A stretch of DNA of 64,000 bases from an uncultured Candidatus Saccharibacteria bacterium. Its GTDB lineage: Bacteria > Patescibacteriota > Minisyncoccia > Phycocordibacterales > UBA12088. Below the pieces are notes generated by a model. The model did no database searches and was not told the origin of the DNA. It was given only the letters and a program-made list of their open reading frames with translations. A program made the position numbers and the translations under genes. How positions within the stretch are numbered: the first letter of the stretch is position 1; each line of letters starts with the position of its first letter. The DNA lies in contig CAYPBQ010000003.1 in NCBI GenBank assembly GCA_964409035.1, forward strand, positions 105,530 through 169,529, given 5' to 3'. Of the stretch, positions 28,485 through 38,042 are shown piece by piece.

Positions 28485-29581
28485 GCAATATATCGAGAAA
28501 CATTAAGAATTATACCAACCTCAGCAAGTGTGATCAGCATTGCCGTACCGCCGTGGCTTATAAACAGTAGCGGAACTCCCGTTAATGGCACTATGCCAAG
28601 CATTGCCGCGATGTTGATAAATGACTGAGACACTATAAGTATAACAATACCCGTTACTATGAGTCCACCGTACATATCTGGAGCTTTTGAAGCAATCACA
28701 AGTCCTCTATAGCAAAACAACAAAAACAATAATACGAGAAGCACTCCCCCTACAAAACCAAATTCCTCCGCGTAAACAGAAAAAATTGAGTCGCCGATTG
28801 GCTCTGGTAGGTAATTAAATTTTTGTACACTTTGCCCAAATCCTCGTCCAAACATACCGCCGGAGCCGATAGCAATAAGAGATTGATCTATTTGATACCC
28901 GCTACCTAACGTGTCATGGCTAGGATTAAAAAATGTCATAACGCGAGCCCTCGCATAGTCTCGAGACATAATAAGTCCGCTGAGTGCGGTTATTGCAATC
29001 AAACACACAATAACAATGTCTCGCGCTCTTGCCCCAGCAACAAGGTACATAGCACCAGCTGCAGCAAGTACCGTTAAGAAAGTTCCTGTATCAGGCTGTA
29101 ATAGAAGAAGCACTCCCACGCCTCCGGTACCAACAAGTAATGGCGCAATGCCGTATTGAAAAGTATGCATCTGTGCTTTGTATGTGGTTAACCACCACGC
29201 ATAAAAAAACACAAAGCCAAGCTTGAGGAACTCAGATGGCTGCATGGAAAATCCTAGGATATGTACCCATCGCTTTGCTCCCCCATGCTCAAAGCCAAGA
29301 CCAGGCACAAAGACAAGTATTGTTGCAAAAATGGAGAGTATAAATAGTATCAGTGCAAATTTTTTCCAATAGACGTAATGGATTCTTGATGTGATATATA
29401 GCGCAATACTGCCGCCAATCATACCAAGCACAATTTGGTTAAAGGCAACACTTGAAAATGATGCCCCATCTCGAGCGAGTAGTCCTAGCGATGCGGAGGT
29501 AAAAATAAAAAAACCTATACCGACAAGGAGTGCCACTACTATAAAAAATGCCTTGTCAAAAGGTTTTTCGGACCGTCTCAT
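28481..29581 (-). CDS. ftsW: SEDS peptidoglycan glycosyltransferase FtsW
   Basis: GAKRW, QPSEFLK, QPDTGT, LPEPIGDSIF, ISHGG; between mraY and murG. Confidence 0.92.
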   Translation of the reverse strand: MRRSEKPFDKAFFIVVALLVGIGFFIFTSASLGLLARDGASFSSVAFNQIVLGMIGGSIALYITSRIHYVYWKKFALILFILSIFATILVFVPGLGFEHGGAKRWVHILGFSMQPSEFLKLGFVFFYAWWLTTYKAQMHTFQYGIAPLLVGTGGVGVLLLLQPDTGTFLTVLAAAGAMYLVAGARARDIVIVCLIAITALSGLIMSRDYARARVMTFFNPSHDTLGSGYQIDQSLIAIGSGGMFGRGFGQSVQKFNYLPEPIGDSIFSVYAEEFGFVGGVLLVLLFLLFCYRGLVIASKAPDMYGGLIVTGIVILIVSQSFINIAAMLGIVPLTGVPLLFISHGGTAMLITLAEVGIILNVSRYIA

Positions 29582-29586
29582 ATATG

Positions 29587-30651
29587 TTAGCCGGTGAGCG
29601 CGATTATTACACCGATAAATGCAAATAGCACTGAAAGTACCCAGTAGCGCATGGTTACCTTGTAACTTGGCCAGCCAATGGCTTCAAAATGGTGATGGAT
29701 AGGCGCTACCTTGAATAACTTTTTACCTCTAAAGCGCTTTGAGCATACCTGCAATATATTTGAAAGCACCGTGATGACAAGCAAAAAGCCAATAATAGGA
29801 AGGAGTGCGATACCTTCCCCACCACCGAGCGCATCAGTCATAAATGCAAGGACAGCTATGGTCATGGTAATACCCATGGTGCCTGTTTCTGTCATCCAAA
29901 ACCTTGCTGGCGGAATGTTAAACCATAAAAAGGCAAGGGTTGCGCCAAGCATCGCCCCTGAGAATGCGGCAAGATTTAGTTGAGATTGTGAAAATGCGAT
30001 AAGTGCATACGCCGCAAAAATTGATGCAAATACACCACCAGAGAGTCCATCGATTCCATCTATTACTCCACTAGCGTAGAGCGCTACCATAACCAACATA
30101 AAAACAGGAATGATGTAGGCGCCTAAGGTAATATCTGAAAGGTACGGTAGCCCTACAGTGACTACATCAAGTTTTGCATAAAACCACCACGCGACACCAG
30201 CACCAACCAAGGTTACAACTGTGAGTCTATGAAATATAGAAAGCCCTTGCTCTCCCTCAGGAGATATATCTCTAATATCATTAAGGAGTCCAACGAGACT
30301 TCCAAGAAGTAGTGTCATGAGTGGTATCCACGTTTGATCTCGAGAGAGGTAATCCAACTTATCAAACATTGGCACATCAGTTACTAACGCAAGAACAAAA
30401 TACAACGCGGTAGTGATACAAACACTAAGCCAAATGATTATCCCTCCCATGCGTGGTGTTTTTGTCTCAGTATGTTCTCGAAGCTTTGAAAATTCTTCAG
30501 CAGTACTTCCATCTAGTGCTACTTTGTGTGGTTGCTTTTTCCACGCCTTATATTTATAGAGGTAGTGCGTAATGATTGGGGTAATTGCAATACCTACCGC
30601 AAAAGCAGTTGCGACAGGAATAAGGACTTTTACTATAGAAAAGGTAATCAT
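29587..30651 (-). CDS. mraY: Phospho-N-acetylmuramoyl-pentapeptide transferase
   Basis: TPRMGG, DGIDGL, WFNIPPA, APIHHHFE. Confidence 0.92.
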   Translation of the reverse strand: MITFSIVKVLIPVATAFAVGIAITPIITHYLYKYKAWKKQPHKVALDGSTAEEFSKLREHTETKTPRMGGIIIWLSVCITTALYFVLALVTDVPMFDKLDYLSRDQTWIPLMTLLLGSLVGLLNDIRDISPEGEQGLSIFHRLTVVTLVGAGVAWWFYAKLDVVTVGLPYLSDITLGAYIIPVFMLVMVALYASGVIDGIDGLSGGVFASIFAAYALIAFSQSQLNLAAFSGAMLGATLAFLWFNIPPARFWMTETGTMGITMTIAVLAFMTDALGGGEGIALLPIIGFLLVITVLSNILQVCSKRFRGKKLFKVAPIHHHFEAIGWPSYKVTMRYWVLSVLFAFIGVIIALTG

Positions 30652-30710
30652 TCATTAGATTGTAGCATAGGTAACCTCATTCTTTGAAAGCCTAGCGGTA
30701 TGGGTATTTA

Positions 30711-30739
30711 TTGACAAAACAGTTGTGTCGTAGTACTAT
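30711..30739 (+). promoter_or_regulatory. Sigma70-type promoter of putative sRNA
   Basis: TTGACA-17 nt-TACTAT. Confidence 0.7.
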
Positions 30740-30744
30740 ATACA

Positions 30745-30909
30745 AGAAGAGTTACTTGTATTTTTGCAACACAGAAACCAATCGGTCGTCGTCGGACCTG
30801 CCGATCGATTGGTCCTATGGGTGGCGAACCCTTGATACCTGCTGTTCCACGGCAGCACGCAGTCGGGTTCGCCACCCACCATAATCGCCTCATAAAAGAG
30901 GCGATTTTT
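30745..30909 (+). ncRNA. Putative structured small RNA B (family unknown)
   Basis: 12-bp hairpin 30777-30813, perfect 14-bp stem 30818-30831/30865-30878 with an inner hairpin, terminator aatcgcctc/gaggcgatt followed by Ts. Confidence 0.65.
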
Positions 30910-30910
30910 G

Positions 30911-31855
30911 CTAGTAGCGAGAATTGATTACTTCTCTAGCAATCTCAGAAAGATATATAGCATCACTAAAGCGCTCATCCTTAGTAGAGCCTAGCACAAC
31001 CACCACTGCTGGATGACCTATACCTGCGTCAAATGCGATAACCAAATTGCCACCAGCAAGGTCGGTGTACCCTGTTTTAGAGGCGATTAGTCCTGGTACT
31101 GTGCCAACAAGTGTGTTTGTATTTTCAGCGATATGAGAAGTCTCTAGCGAGTCAGCCGAGGTTACTAAGTCCTTTGTCCTAGCTAGCACCTCTGGCTTTG
31201 TGCGTAATAGGTATGCAGTAAGCATGCTCATATCTCTTGCGGAGCCATAGGCGCCACTGTGGGTAAGACTGATATCAAGACCAGTAGGGTTTAAGAAGTA
31301 CGTTTGATTTAGCCCTAAAGATTTTGCATACATATTCATGCTTTCAACAAAGCCACCAAGGTTGTCAGTGCCATCAGGTAGTACATCATCTGCGGCAAGT
31401 GCAATCGCTGCAGCACCATCATTAGATGAGGTGATGAGTGTGTAATCAAGTAAGTCTGATAAATACCATGATTCTCCAGAGATGAGACCAGACTCCCCTT
31501 CTTCTTTGAGGGCTTTTTCTGAGATGGTGATAGGAGTTGCATCTGACAGTGAGGCACTAGCTACTAGCGCCGTCATTAGCTTTGCAACTGATGCAAGTGG
31601 TAATTGTGCGTCAGCATTTCGTTCGTACAAGACCTCATTTTGGAGTACGTCATACACAATAAACGAGCGTGCCGCTACCCTATCCTCATCTATTGCTATA
31701 GGAGTTGTTGTTGAAGTAATAACAGTGCTACGTGGAGAGCTGTTTGAGCTAGCCGCGGTAGAAGTGATGTAGCTAGTGCCCAGCACTCCCATTATGCCGA
31801 AAAACAAAAGTACCAATACGGGTACAGGTAGTGATGCAAGTGGTTTATAGGTCAT
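30911..31855 (-). CDS. D-alanyl-D-alanine carboxypeptidase (S11)
   Basis: ASVAK (SxxK), SSN, NPTGL, KTG; start uncertain. Confidence 0.9.
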   Translation of the reverse strand: MTYKPLASLPVPVLVLLFFGIMGVLGTSYITSTAASSNSSPRSTVITSTTTPIAIDEDRVAARSFIVYDVLQNEVLYERNADAQLPLASVAKLMTALVASASLSDATPITISEKALKEEGESGLISGESWYLSDLLDYTLITSSNDGAAAIALAADDVLPDGTDNLGGFVESMNMYAKSLGLNQTYFLNPTGLDISLTHSGAYGSARDMSMLTAYLLRTKPEVLARTKDLVTSADSLETSHIAENTNTLVGTVPGLIASKTGYTDLAGGNLVIAFDAGIGHPAVVVVLGSTKDERFSDAIYLSEIAREVINSRY

Positions 31856-32399
31856 GGTGGTCATTTGTTGATTCAGTATCAAGAAAAGCTGCAAGTGTAG
31901 CCGCCACTGATTCGTAGTCTGGTAGTTGTTCTACTGAGCTTACTCCTAGATGAGTGAGTAACTCAAGTGTTGGTAGGTATACAAATGTCCTCGCATCCCC
32001 TTTACTCGCCTCCTTCTTTACAAGTCCTCTTACCATAAGGGCGCGTAGGATAAAGCTCGAGTTTACACCACGAATATAATCTATTTCTGCCCTGGTAATA
32101 GGTCCATGATACAGCACAATAGAGAGTGTCTCGAGTCCTGCCTTTCCAACATCCTTACTTAACTCCTCCTTCCTAATGTTGTTTATAAAGTCCCCCATTT
32201 CTTTCTTTGTGGCAAGGGCAACGGTTGAGTCGTCTTTCACTAAGGTAAGCGCACCTCCTAGTAGATACTGCTCAAGCTCAACAAGTGATATCTGTAATTG
32301 TTCGTCATCAACGTCGCAGACTGATTTGAGTTCAGTAAAGCTAACGGGTGCGCCGTTATAAAACAAGTATGCTTCTATTCTTTTACTTGACTCATTCAT
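31845..32399 (-). CDS. scpB: SMC-Scp complex subunit ScpB
   Basis: LETLSIVLY.GPITRAEIDYIRGVNS. Confidence 0.93.
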   Translation of the reverse strand: MNESSKRIEAYLFYNGAPVSFTELKSVCDVDDEQLQISLVELEQYLLGGALTLVKDDSTVALATKKEMGDFINNIRKEELSKDVGKAGLETLSIVLYHGPITRAEIDYIRGVNSSFILRALMVRGLVKKEASKGDARTFVYLPTLELLTHLGVSSVEQLPDYESVAATLAAFLDTESTNDHHDL

Positions 32400-33137
32400 T
32401 TAATGGTATGTTGGTTTTTGCACCTGCTCAGTTCCAATAGTTATATCATCAAATGATCGATCTTGTCTTGCGGATATTATTCCTCGTTTGACTAGTTCAA
32501 GAATGGCAAGAAATGACACGATTACATTTGCCCGGTCACCTTTTTTGTAGCCTGAGAGCTCGTGAAAGCTCTCTGACAAGGTTCGTTGTATGCGAGTAGT
32601 GAGTCCCTCAATCATAGCCTCTAGGCTCATCACCTTTTTTACTATCGCGGTTGGAGTGTCTTCTTTGCTTTTGGGTAAGTTTGCGATTACTTGCCTCACT
32701 CCCTCGTGTAGATTCTTCGTGGTGATACGTTCATGCGGTGAAAATATAATATCATTATAGGTAACACCATCACTCATAAACATCACCTTTCCAAACATTG
32801 GTTTAAGTGACGCAGCTATCTCTTTGAACAATTGATGTAGTTTTAGTCTTCTTTCTAGATCATCAACACTGTGCTGCTCTTCTTCTGTAAGGGTAAGGAT
32901 TGGTAGTAATGATTTTGATTTTATAAGTACTAATGTAGAAGCGATGAGTATAAAGTGCGCCGTCTTAGCCATTGGATACTCTGTGTGCTGCTCCAAGAAC
33001 GAGATAAAATCATCCGCCACTGTCGCAAGCGAAATGTCATTGATAAGGAGCTTACGCTTTTCTATTAGGGATAGCAGCAGGTCAAGTGGCCCTTCAAATA
33101 CTTCGGTTTTTATGTCTACGGTTACTTGTTGCTGCAC
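32400..33137 (-). CDS. scpA: Segregation/condensation protein A
   Basis: FEGPLDLLL..., FLAILEL. Confidence 0.93.
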   Translation of the reverse strand: MQQQVTVDIKTEVFEGPLDLLLSLIEKRKLLINDISLATVADDFISFLEQHTEYPMAKTAHFILIASTLVLIKSKSLLPILTLTEEEQHSVDDLERRLKLHQLFKEIAASLKPMFGKVMFMSDGVTYNDIIFSPHERITTKNLHEGVRQVIANLPKSKEDTPTAIVKKVMSLEAMIEGLTTRIQRTLSESFHELSGYKKGDRANVIVSFLAILELVKRGIISARQDRSFDDITIGTEQVQKPTYH

Positions 33138-33143
33138 ACAATA

Positions 33144-34475
33144 TTATGATGAGAGGAGAGTATCTATCCTATTCATGTCACGAGGAAATAGCGTGGCTTC
33201 CTTTGCATTAGAGAGACCAAGAAACTTTTGCGTAAGGCGTTCAAGTCCCATACCCCACCCTCCGTGTGGCGGCATGCCGTATTTGAATGCTTGTAGATAA
33301 AATTCAAAGAGTGCCGGATCGAGATTCTTTGCCTTGAGCTTTTCTATGTACTCATCATAGTTGTGGATACGTTGTCCGCCGGTAGTTATTTCTACACCTC
33401 TAAAGAGCAAGTCAAAGCTTTTTGTATATCCTGGATCATCCTTGTCTTCGTGGGTGTAAAATGGTCTTTTTGATACTGGGTAATGGGTAACAAATACATA
33501 GTCAGAATCAAGGTGATCATGGGCGTATTCACATAGCCACCGCTCATCTTCAGGGTTTAGGTCTGGTTCCCCCATTGTATCTCTTCCTGTCTTTTCCTTT
33601 ATAAGGGCTTGTGCCTCTTTTAGCTTCATAACTGGGAATGCCTCTGGAGCCTTTGGAAAGGTTGCATTAAGGGTAGCAAATGCGTCAGCGCAGGTATCCT
33701 TTAGATGGTCGATGATGTAATGCATGAGCTTGGTTTCAAGCTTCATGATATCTTCGTGACTCTTTATAAAACCCATTTCAATATCAAGTGAGGTGTACTC
33801 ATTGAGGTGTCGCGAGGTGCTGTGCTTTTCTGCTCTAAATACGTTACCAATCGCAAACACACGCTCGAATACTCCTACCATTATTTGTTTGTATAGCTGT
33901 GGGCTTGTAGCAAGAAATGCGTCTTGGCCTTTGAAATATTCAAGCTTAAACACGTTACCTCCACCCTCTGCGTCACCTCCAACAATCTTAGGAGCCATAA
34001 ACTCAGTAAATCCCTCTGCGGTAAGAAATTCTCTGTATGCTCGCACTATCTCGTGTTGCACCTTAAAAATTGCCCGCTCTCGAGGTCTTCGTAGGGTAAG
34101 TGGTCGCGTGTCAAAAAGAGTATCAAGATTAAGCTCTGCAGTTGAGTCAAAAGGTAATTCACGTGCGCTGGCAAGCACTCCAACATAAGTGATTTCAAGT
34201 TCTATGTCGCCATTCTTCTGATTTGGAACTACCATTTTTTCTGGTCGTTTATTCACAATACCTTTCATTTCTACCACCCACTGTTCTTTGATTGGGGTTA
34301 CACCCTCTATAACTCCTTCATGTGATGGTAGAGCAACTGCTTGCACTTCGCCTGATCTGTCGTGCAGGTCAAAAAAAACTAGTTTACCGTGATCCCTGCG
34401 TACCTGAATGGAGCCTTGTACTAGGACCTCTTTGCCAAGGTGAGCATGCAATTCGCTTAGTAGTGTTCGTTCCAT
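33144..34475 (-). CDS. aspS: Aspartate--tRNA(Asp/Asn) ligase, short archaeal-type
   Basis: SPQLYKQ, FRAE, EITTGGQR, PPHGGWGMGLERL; 443 aa with no GAD insertion. Confidence 0.92.
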   Translation of the reverse strand: MERTLLSELHAHLGKEVLVQGSIQVRRDHGKLVFFDLHDRSGEVQAVALPSHEGVIEGVTPIKEQWVVEMKGIVNKRPEKMVVPNQKNGDIELEITYVGVLASARELPFDSTAELNLDTLFDTRPLTLRRPRERAIFKVQHEIVRAYREFLTAEGFTEFMAPKIVGGDAEGGGNVFKLEYFKGQDAFLATSPQLYKQIMVGVFERVFAIGNVFRAEKHSTSRHLNEYTSLDIEMGFIKSHEDIMKLETKLMHYIIDHLKDTCADAFATLNATFPKAPEAFPVMKLKEAQALIKEKTGRDTMGEPDLNPEDERWLCEYAHDHLDSDYVFVTHYPVSKRPFYTHEDKDDPGYTKSFDLLFRGVEITTGGQRIHNYDEYIEKLKAKNLDPALFEFYLQAFKYGMPPHGGWGMGLERLTQKFLGLSNAKEATLFPRDMNRIDTLLSS

Positions 34476-34485
34476 ATAGTTAATA

Positions 34486-35517
34486 TTATAGATGTAGTGA
34501 TAAGGCAGTCTTTACTTCTTTGAGTGTCTGAGACGCGATTGATCGTACTTTTTCATTACCCTCTTTTATAATCGTGTGTACTGCATCGGTATTATTGCGG
34601 TAATAGTTGTGTCTCTCTCGTATCGGCTCTAAAAATCTGTTCATAACCTCAACTAAATATCGTTTAACCTCAACATCCCCTACCTTCCCTTCTTGATAAC
34701 GATCTTTAAAGTCATCAATAATGGTTTTATCTTCTGCAGTACTGAAGGTGTCTAGATAAATAAATACAGGATTACCGACAATAGCACCCTTGTCTGTAGC
34801 TTTAATTCTATTTGGGTCGGTATACATTGCCATAACCTTCTTCTCAACCTCCTCTTTAGGCTCAGAAAGGAATATGGTATTGCCAAGCGACTTGCTCATC
34901 TTTGGATTGCCATCGGTACCGATGAGTTTACCCACTCTGCCTATCTTTGCTATTGGTTCTGGAAAAATTTCTTTTTTGCAAACAGTATTGAGCGCTCGAG
35001 CAATTTCTCTTGCTTGCTCTAGGTGTGCCTCCTGGTCTATACCAACTGGCACTAACTCTCCCTTTACCGCAAGAATATCAGCTGCTTGATATATTGGGTA
35101 ATTTATAAATCCTAATGAAAATTGCTCACTTAATCCCTTCATGACTATTTCATCCTTGATGGTGGGATTTCTTAGCGCGGTTGCATGTGTCACATACATA
35201 GAAAAAAGCGCGGAGAGCTCATATATCTCAGGGATTGCTGATTCAACAAAGATAGTTGTCTTTTCGGGTACAAGGCCAGCAGCTAGGTTATCTATCGCAA
35301 CATGAGTCGTGTATTCTCCAATAGATGAAGGGTCTCTTGATAAAGTCGTAAAGGCATGCAAATCGGCAATAACAATAAAAGTCTCATATTCATGTTGAAG
35401 AGAAACTCTGTTTTCGAGTGTTCCTACATAGTGCCCCAGGTGTAGTTTACCCGTAGGAGTGTCTCCGGTGAGTATTCTGCCCCCTACTTTTGCTTTGGAA
35501 GTGATATCGCGTTCCAT
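34486..35517 (-). CDS. trpS: Tryptophan--tRNA ligase
   Basis: PTGKLHLGHY, QAADI, VPVGIDQ, KMSKS. Confidence 0.95.
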   Translation of the reverse strand: MERDITSKAKVGGRILTGDTPTGKLHLGHYVGTLENRVSLQHEYETFIVIADLHAFTTLSRDPSSIGEYTTHVAIDNLAAGLVPEKTTIFVESAIPEIYELSALFSMYVTHATALRNPTIKDEIVMKGLSEQFSLGFINYPIYQAADILAVKGELVPVGIDQEAHLEQAREIARALNTVCKKEIFPEPIAKIGRVGKLIGTDGNPKMSKSLGNTIFLSEPKEEVEKKVMAMYTDPNRIKATDKGAIVGNPVFIYLDTFSTAEDKTIIDDFKDRYQEGKVGDVEVKRYLVEVMNRFLEPIRERHNYYRNNTDAVHTIIKEGNEKVRSIASQTLKEVKTALSLHL

Positions 35518-35565
35518 TACACTATACTATCAAAATTCAACTTTTTTTCCATGAATGTAAAAATA

Positions 35566-35595
35566 TGCGAGCCGGCGCTTTGGCGCCGGCTCGTA
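35566..35595. repeat. GC-rich palindrome sharing its core with 3329-3355
   Basis: tgcgagccggcgc-tttg-gcgccggctcgta. Confidence 0.55.
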
Positions 35596-35602
35596 GCTGT
35601 GC

Positions 35603-36307
35603 TTATGTCACATTTTCTACCCAACCATAAATCTCTCTTTCTAAGCCGTCATCTTGTATGTGGCAAGGCATGTGCCCTGCCCCTCTTACTTCTATAACTT
35701 CAATTCTTGCTTTTGCTTTTTCAAGCATTTTTTGTAACCGATATTGAGCACTTGGCCTCACCCATCCGTCACTACTTCCCACAATCATCAAGATTGGGAC
35801 ATCGGCGAGGTTGCTCGGATCGAACTTCTTGACCCCCCTATTTTGTATGAGATCCATGCACTCGAACCCAGAAACATTCAATCTTCCTCTTATAAGATCA
35901 TGTATCTTCTCATCTGCAATTGGCCCTCCCAAAGCTATTTTTTTGTAGTCATCCTCCTTAATTTTAAATATTTCTCCAATATAAATTGGCCATAGATACC
36001 CCAGCATCAACGCACTACATAGTATCGATTGAGGAAACTTTTCAAATGGTGCTGGTGCTATCAATAAAATACCCGCCACCTTATGTCTGTATCTTGATGC
36101 CGCTACTAGAGCGGCCTTTCCTCCCGCAGAGGATCCCACAAGCAAGACTTTCTCTGGTTGTTTTTTCAGGACTTCACACACCGCTTCAACCCTGTCTCCG
36201 AATCTATGCCCATGCCTTGGTGCTTGGCAAACTATTTGGTCATACCTAAGAAAGCCGGGAAGCGCTTGCGCGCTTTGAGCAAGACCACCGACACCAATGA
36301 TACGCAT
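35603..36307 (-). CDS. Alpha/beta-fold hydrolase
   Basis: GSSAGG nucleophile elbow, GSSDGW Asp, GAGHM His. Confidence 0.85.
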   Translation of the reverse strand: MRIIGVGGLAQSAQALPGFLRYDQIVCQAPRHGHRFGDRVEAVCEVLKKQPEKVLLVGSSAGGKAALVAASRYRHKVAGILLIAPAPFEKFPQSILCSALMLGYLWPIYIGEIFKIKEDDYKKIALGGPIADEKIHDLIRGRLNVSGFECMDLIQNRGVKKFDPSNLADVPILMIVGSSDGWVRPSAQYRLQKMLEKAKARIEVIEVRGAGHMPCHIQDDGLEREIYGWVENVT

Positions 36308-36389
36308 TTTTTGTCTCCACTTGGCCCCTCACCATGAGGAACTACTCGCAGAGTTATATAACAAAAATTAACATATGTACATACCATGG

Positions 36390-38042
36390 TTATGGCAAGG
36401 TAGTAAGCTCAACGTGGAAGATTGAGCCCTTGTTTCTACCCTCTGATTCAACCCAAATTACGCCACTGTGCGCCTGTACCATCTCCTTAGCGACGTATAA
36501 ACCTAATCCAGTACCATGTACGTTTGTGGTGTTTGCGTTATCAGCACGTTGAAATTTTGCAAAGAGTTGCCACTGGTCCTCTTTTGAAATACCAATACCA
36601 GAATCTTTAATATCAAGGTGAAGAATTGGACGATTTGCCTCACGCGAGAGACGCACCTCAACAAATCCTTTTTCTGTGTATTTGAGGGCATTATCAATTA
36701 GGTTTGATATAACCTGCCGCAACTTACCTTCATCGCCGTGTATCAAAAATCCTCGTGGATGTGTTACTACAATAAATCTGAAATCTACCCCCTTAGCCTT
36801 TGCTACTCGTGCCATATTTTCAATCACCTTTTCTGTGGTCTTATGGAAATCAAAATCGCTCATTTGGAATTTCATTCGTCCTTGTTCGATACGAGAGATA
36901 TTTAAGAAATCTTCCACCATGTCTGCCATGGCCTTCCCTGACTCTGCGATGCGCTCCATTGCTTCACGAATGGATGGCGGCACCTTTCCGAACGAACCGT
37001 CAAGGATAAGCGACGCATACCCACGAATGGCAGCGGTAGGAGCTCGTAGCTGGTGCGATGCTACGGAGACGAATTCTGTTTTTTGTTTATCAAGTACGGT
37101 GAGTCTCCTATTTGCCTCCTCAAGCTTATCGAGAGTCTGCTGAAGTTCTTCTCTTGTACGTATTTCCTTTTTTACGCTTTGGATGATAAATACACCAAGC
37201 CCGATTGATGCAAATAGTGACACGATATTTATCACCTGCTCGGTAGTATTTTGTGATGCAAACAATCGAAATAGGAATAAAAGCCATATACCAAAGGTAA
37301 GGAGCTCTGTTGCAACTATTTTGATATCAAACAATTTATGTCGGACGATCGCATAAAAGATAAAACCGACAAATAAAATAGTTGACGCGTTGCCGAACCA
37401 GTTAAGTGCAAATATTCCATACCAAGGAAGTATTAGGTTGGTGATTAGACTTACTCCTGAGGCGGTAAAGGTGCCAACAAAAAGAAACAAAGACTGTATA
37501 CGCATTGTCCTATCAGGATGCGTAATAAACTGTCGTAGTAGCAGATAGAATCCCCATCCAAATCCAATTAAAAAGTATGTGACGTACAGTGCGTAAAAAT
37601 CTCCAAAGATGATGATCTTCTCGCCCTGAGGAGGTAAGACAACATCAGTTACAAAATAGCTAGTAAAGTATGATACATACCCAATAATGACTGTGAATAA
37701 TATCAACAACGCTCTAATACTTCTGTGCTCAAGTATTGAGCGCGGCATCCCACTGTAGATATAGGCAAATACTATAAATAGCGCAGGGATAGTTACGGGT
37801 ACAAGATATAAAAGTTTTAACGCAAGGAGTGCATCTTCATATACCGCAGTAGAGCGGTAGTAGATAATGACAAATGTCCACGCGGACACACACACCGCAA
37901 GTACGCAAAATGCAGTATACAATGAACGTAATTTTCCTTTGTTAAAAAAAACTACAGTTCCGAATATTAGATTAACAATTGCAACCGCAAGTAGTATTGC
38001 GTTTGTTAATGCAAAAAATGGATCAGTACCAAAAGGTATCAT
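36390..38042 (-). CDS. Sensor histidine kinase with N-terminal 7TM-type membrane domain
   Basis: Multi-TM N-terminus, H-box ASHQLRAP, N-box NLIDNALKY, DSGIG, GTGLGL. Confidence 0.93.
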   Translation of the reverse strand: MIPFGTDPFFALTNAILLAVAIVNLIFGTVVFFNKGKLRSLYTAFCVLAVCVSAWTFVIIYYRSTAVYEDALLALKLLYLVPVTIPALFIVFAYIYSGMPRSILEHRSIRALLILFTVIIGYVSYFTSYFVTDVVLPPQGEKIIIFGDFYALYVTYFLIGFGWGFYLLLRQFITHPDRTMRIQSLFLFVGTFTASGVSLITNLILPWYGIFALNWFGNASTILFVGFIFYAIVRHKLFDIKIVATELLTFGIWLLFLFRLFASQNTTEQVINIVSLFASIGLGVFIIQSVKKEIRTREELQQTLDKLEEANRRLTVLDKQKTEFVSVASHQLRAPTAAIRGYASLILDGSFGKVPPSIREAMERIAESGKAMADMVEDFLNISRIEQGRMKFQMSDFDFHKTTEKVIENMARVAKAKGVDFRFIVVTHPRGFLIHGDEGKLRQVISNLIDNALKYTEKGFVEVRLSREANRPILHLDIKDSGIGISKEDQWQLFAKFQRADNANTTNVHGTGLGLYVAKEMVQAHSGVIWVESEGRNKGSIFHVELTTLP

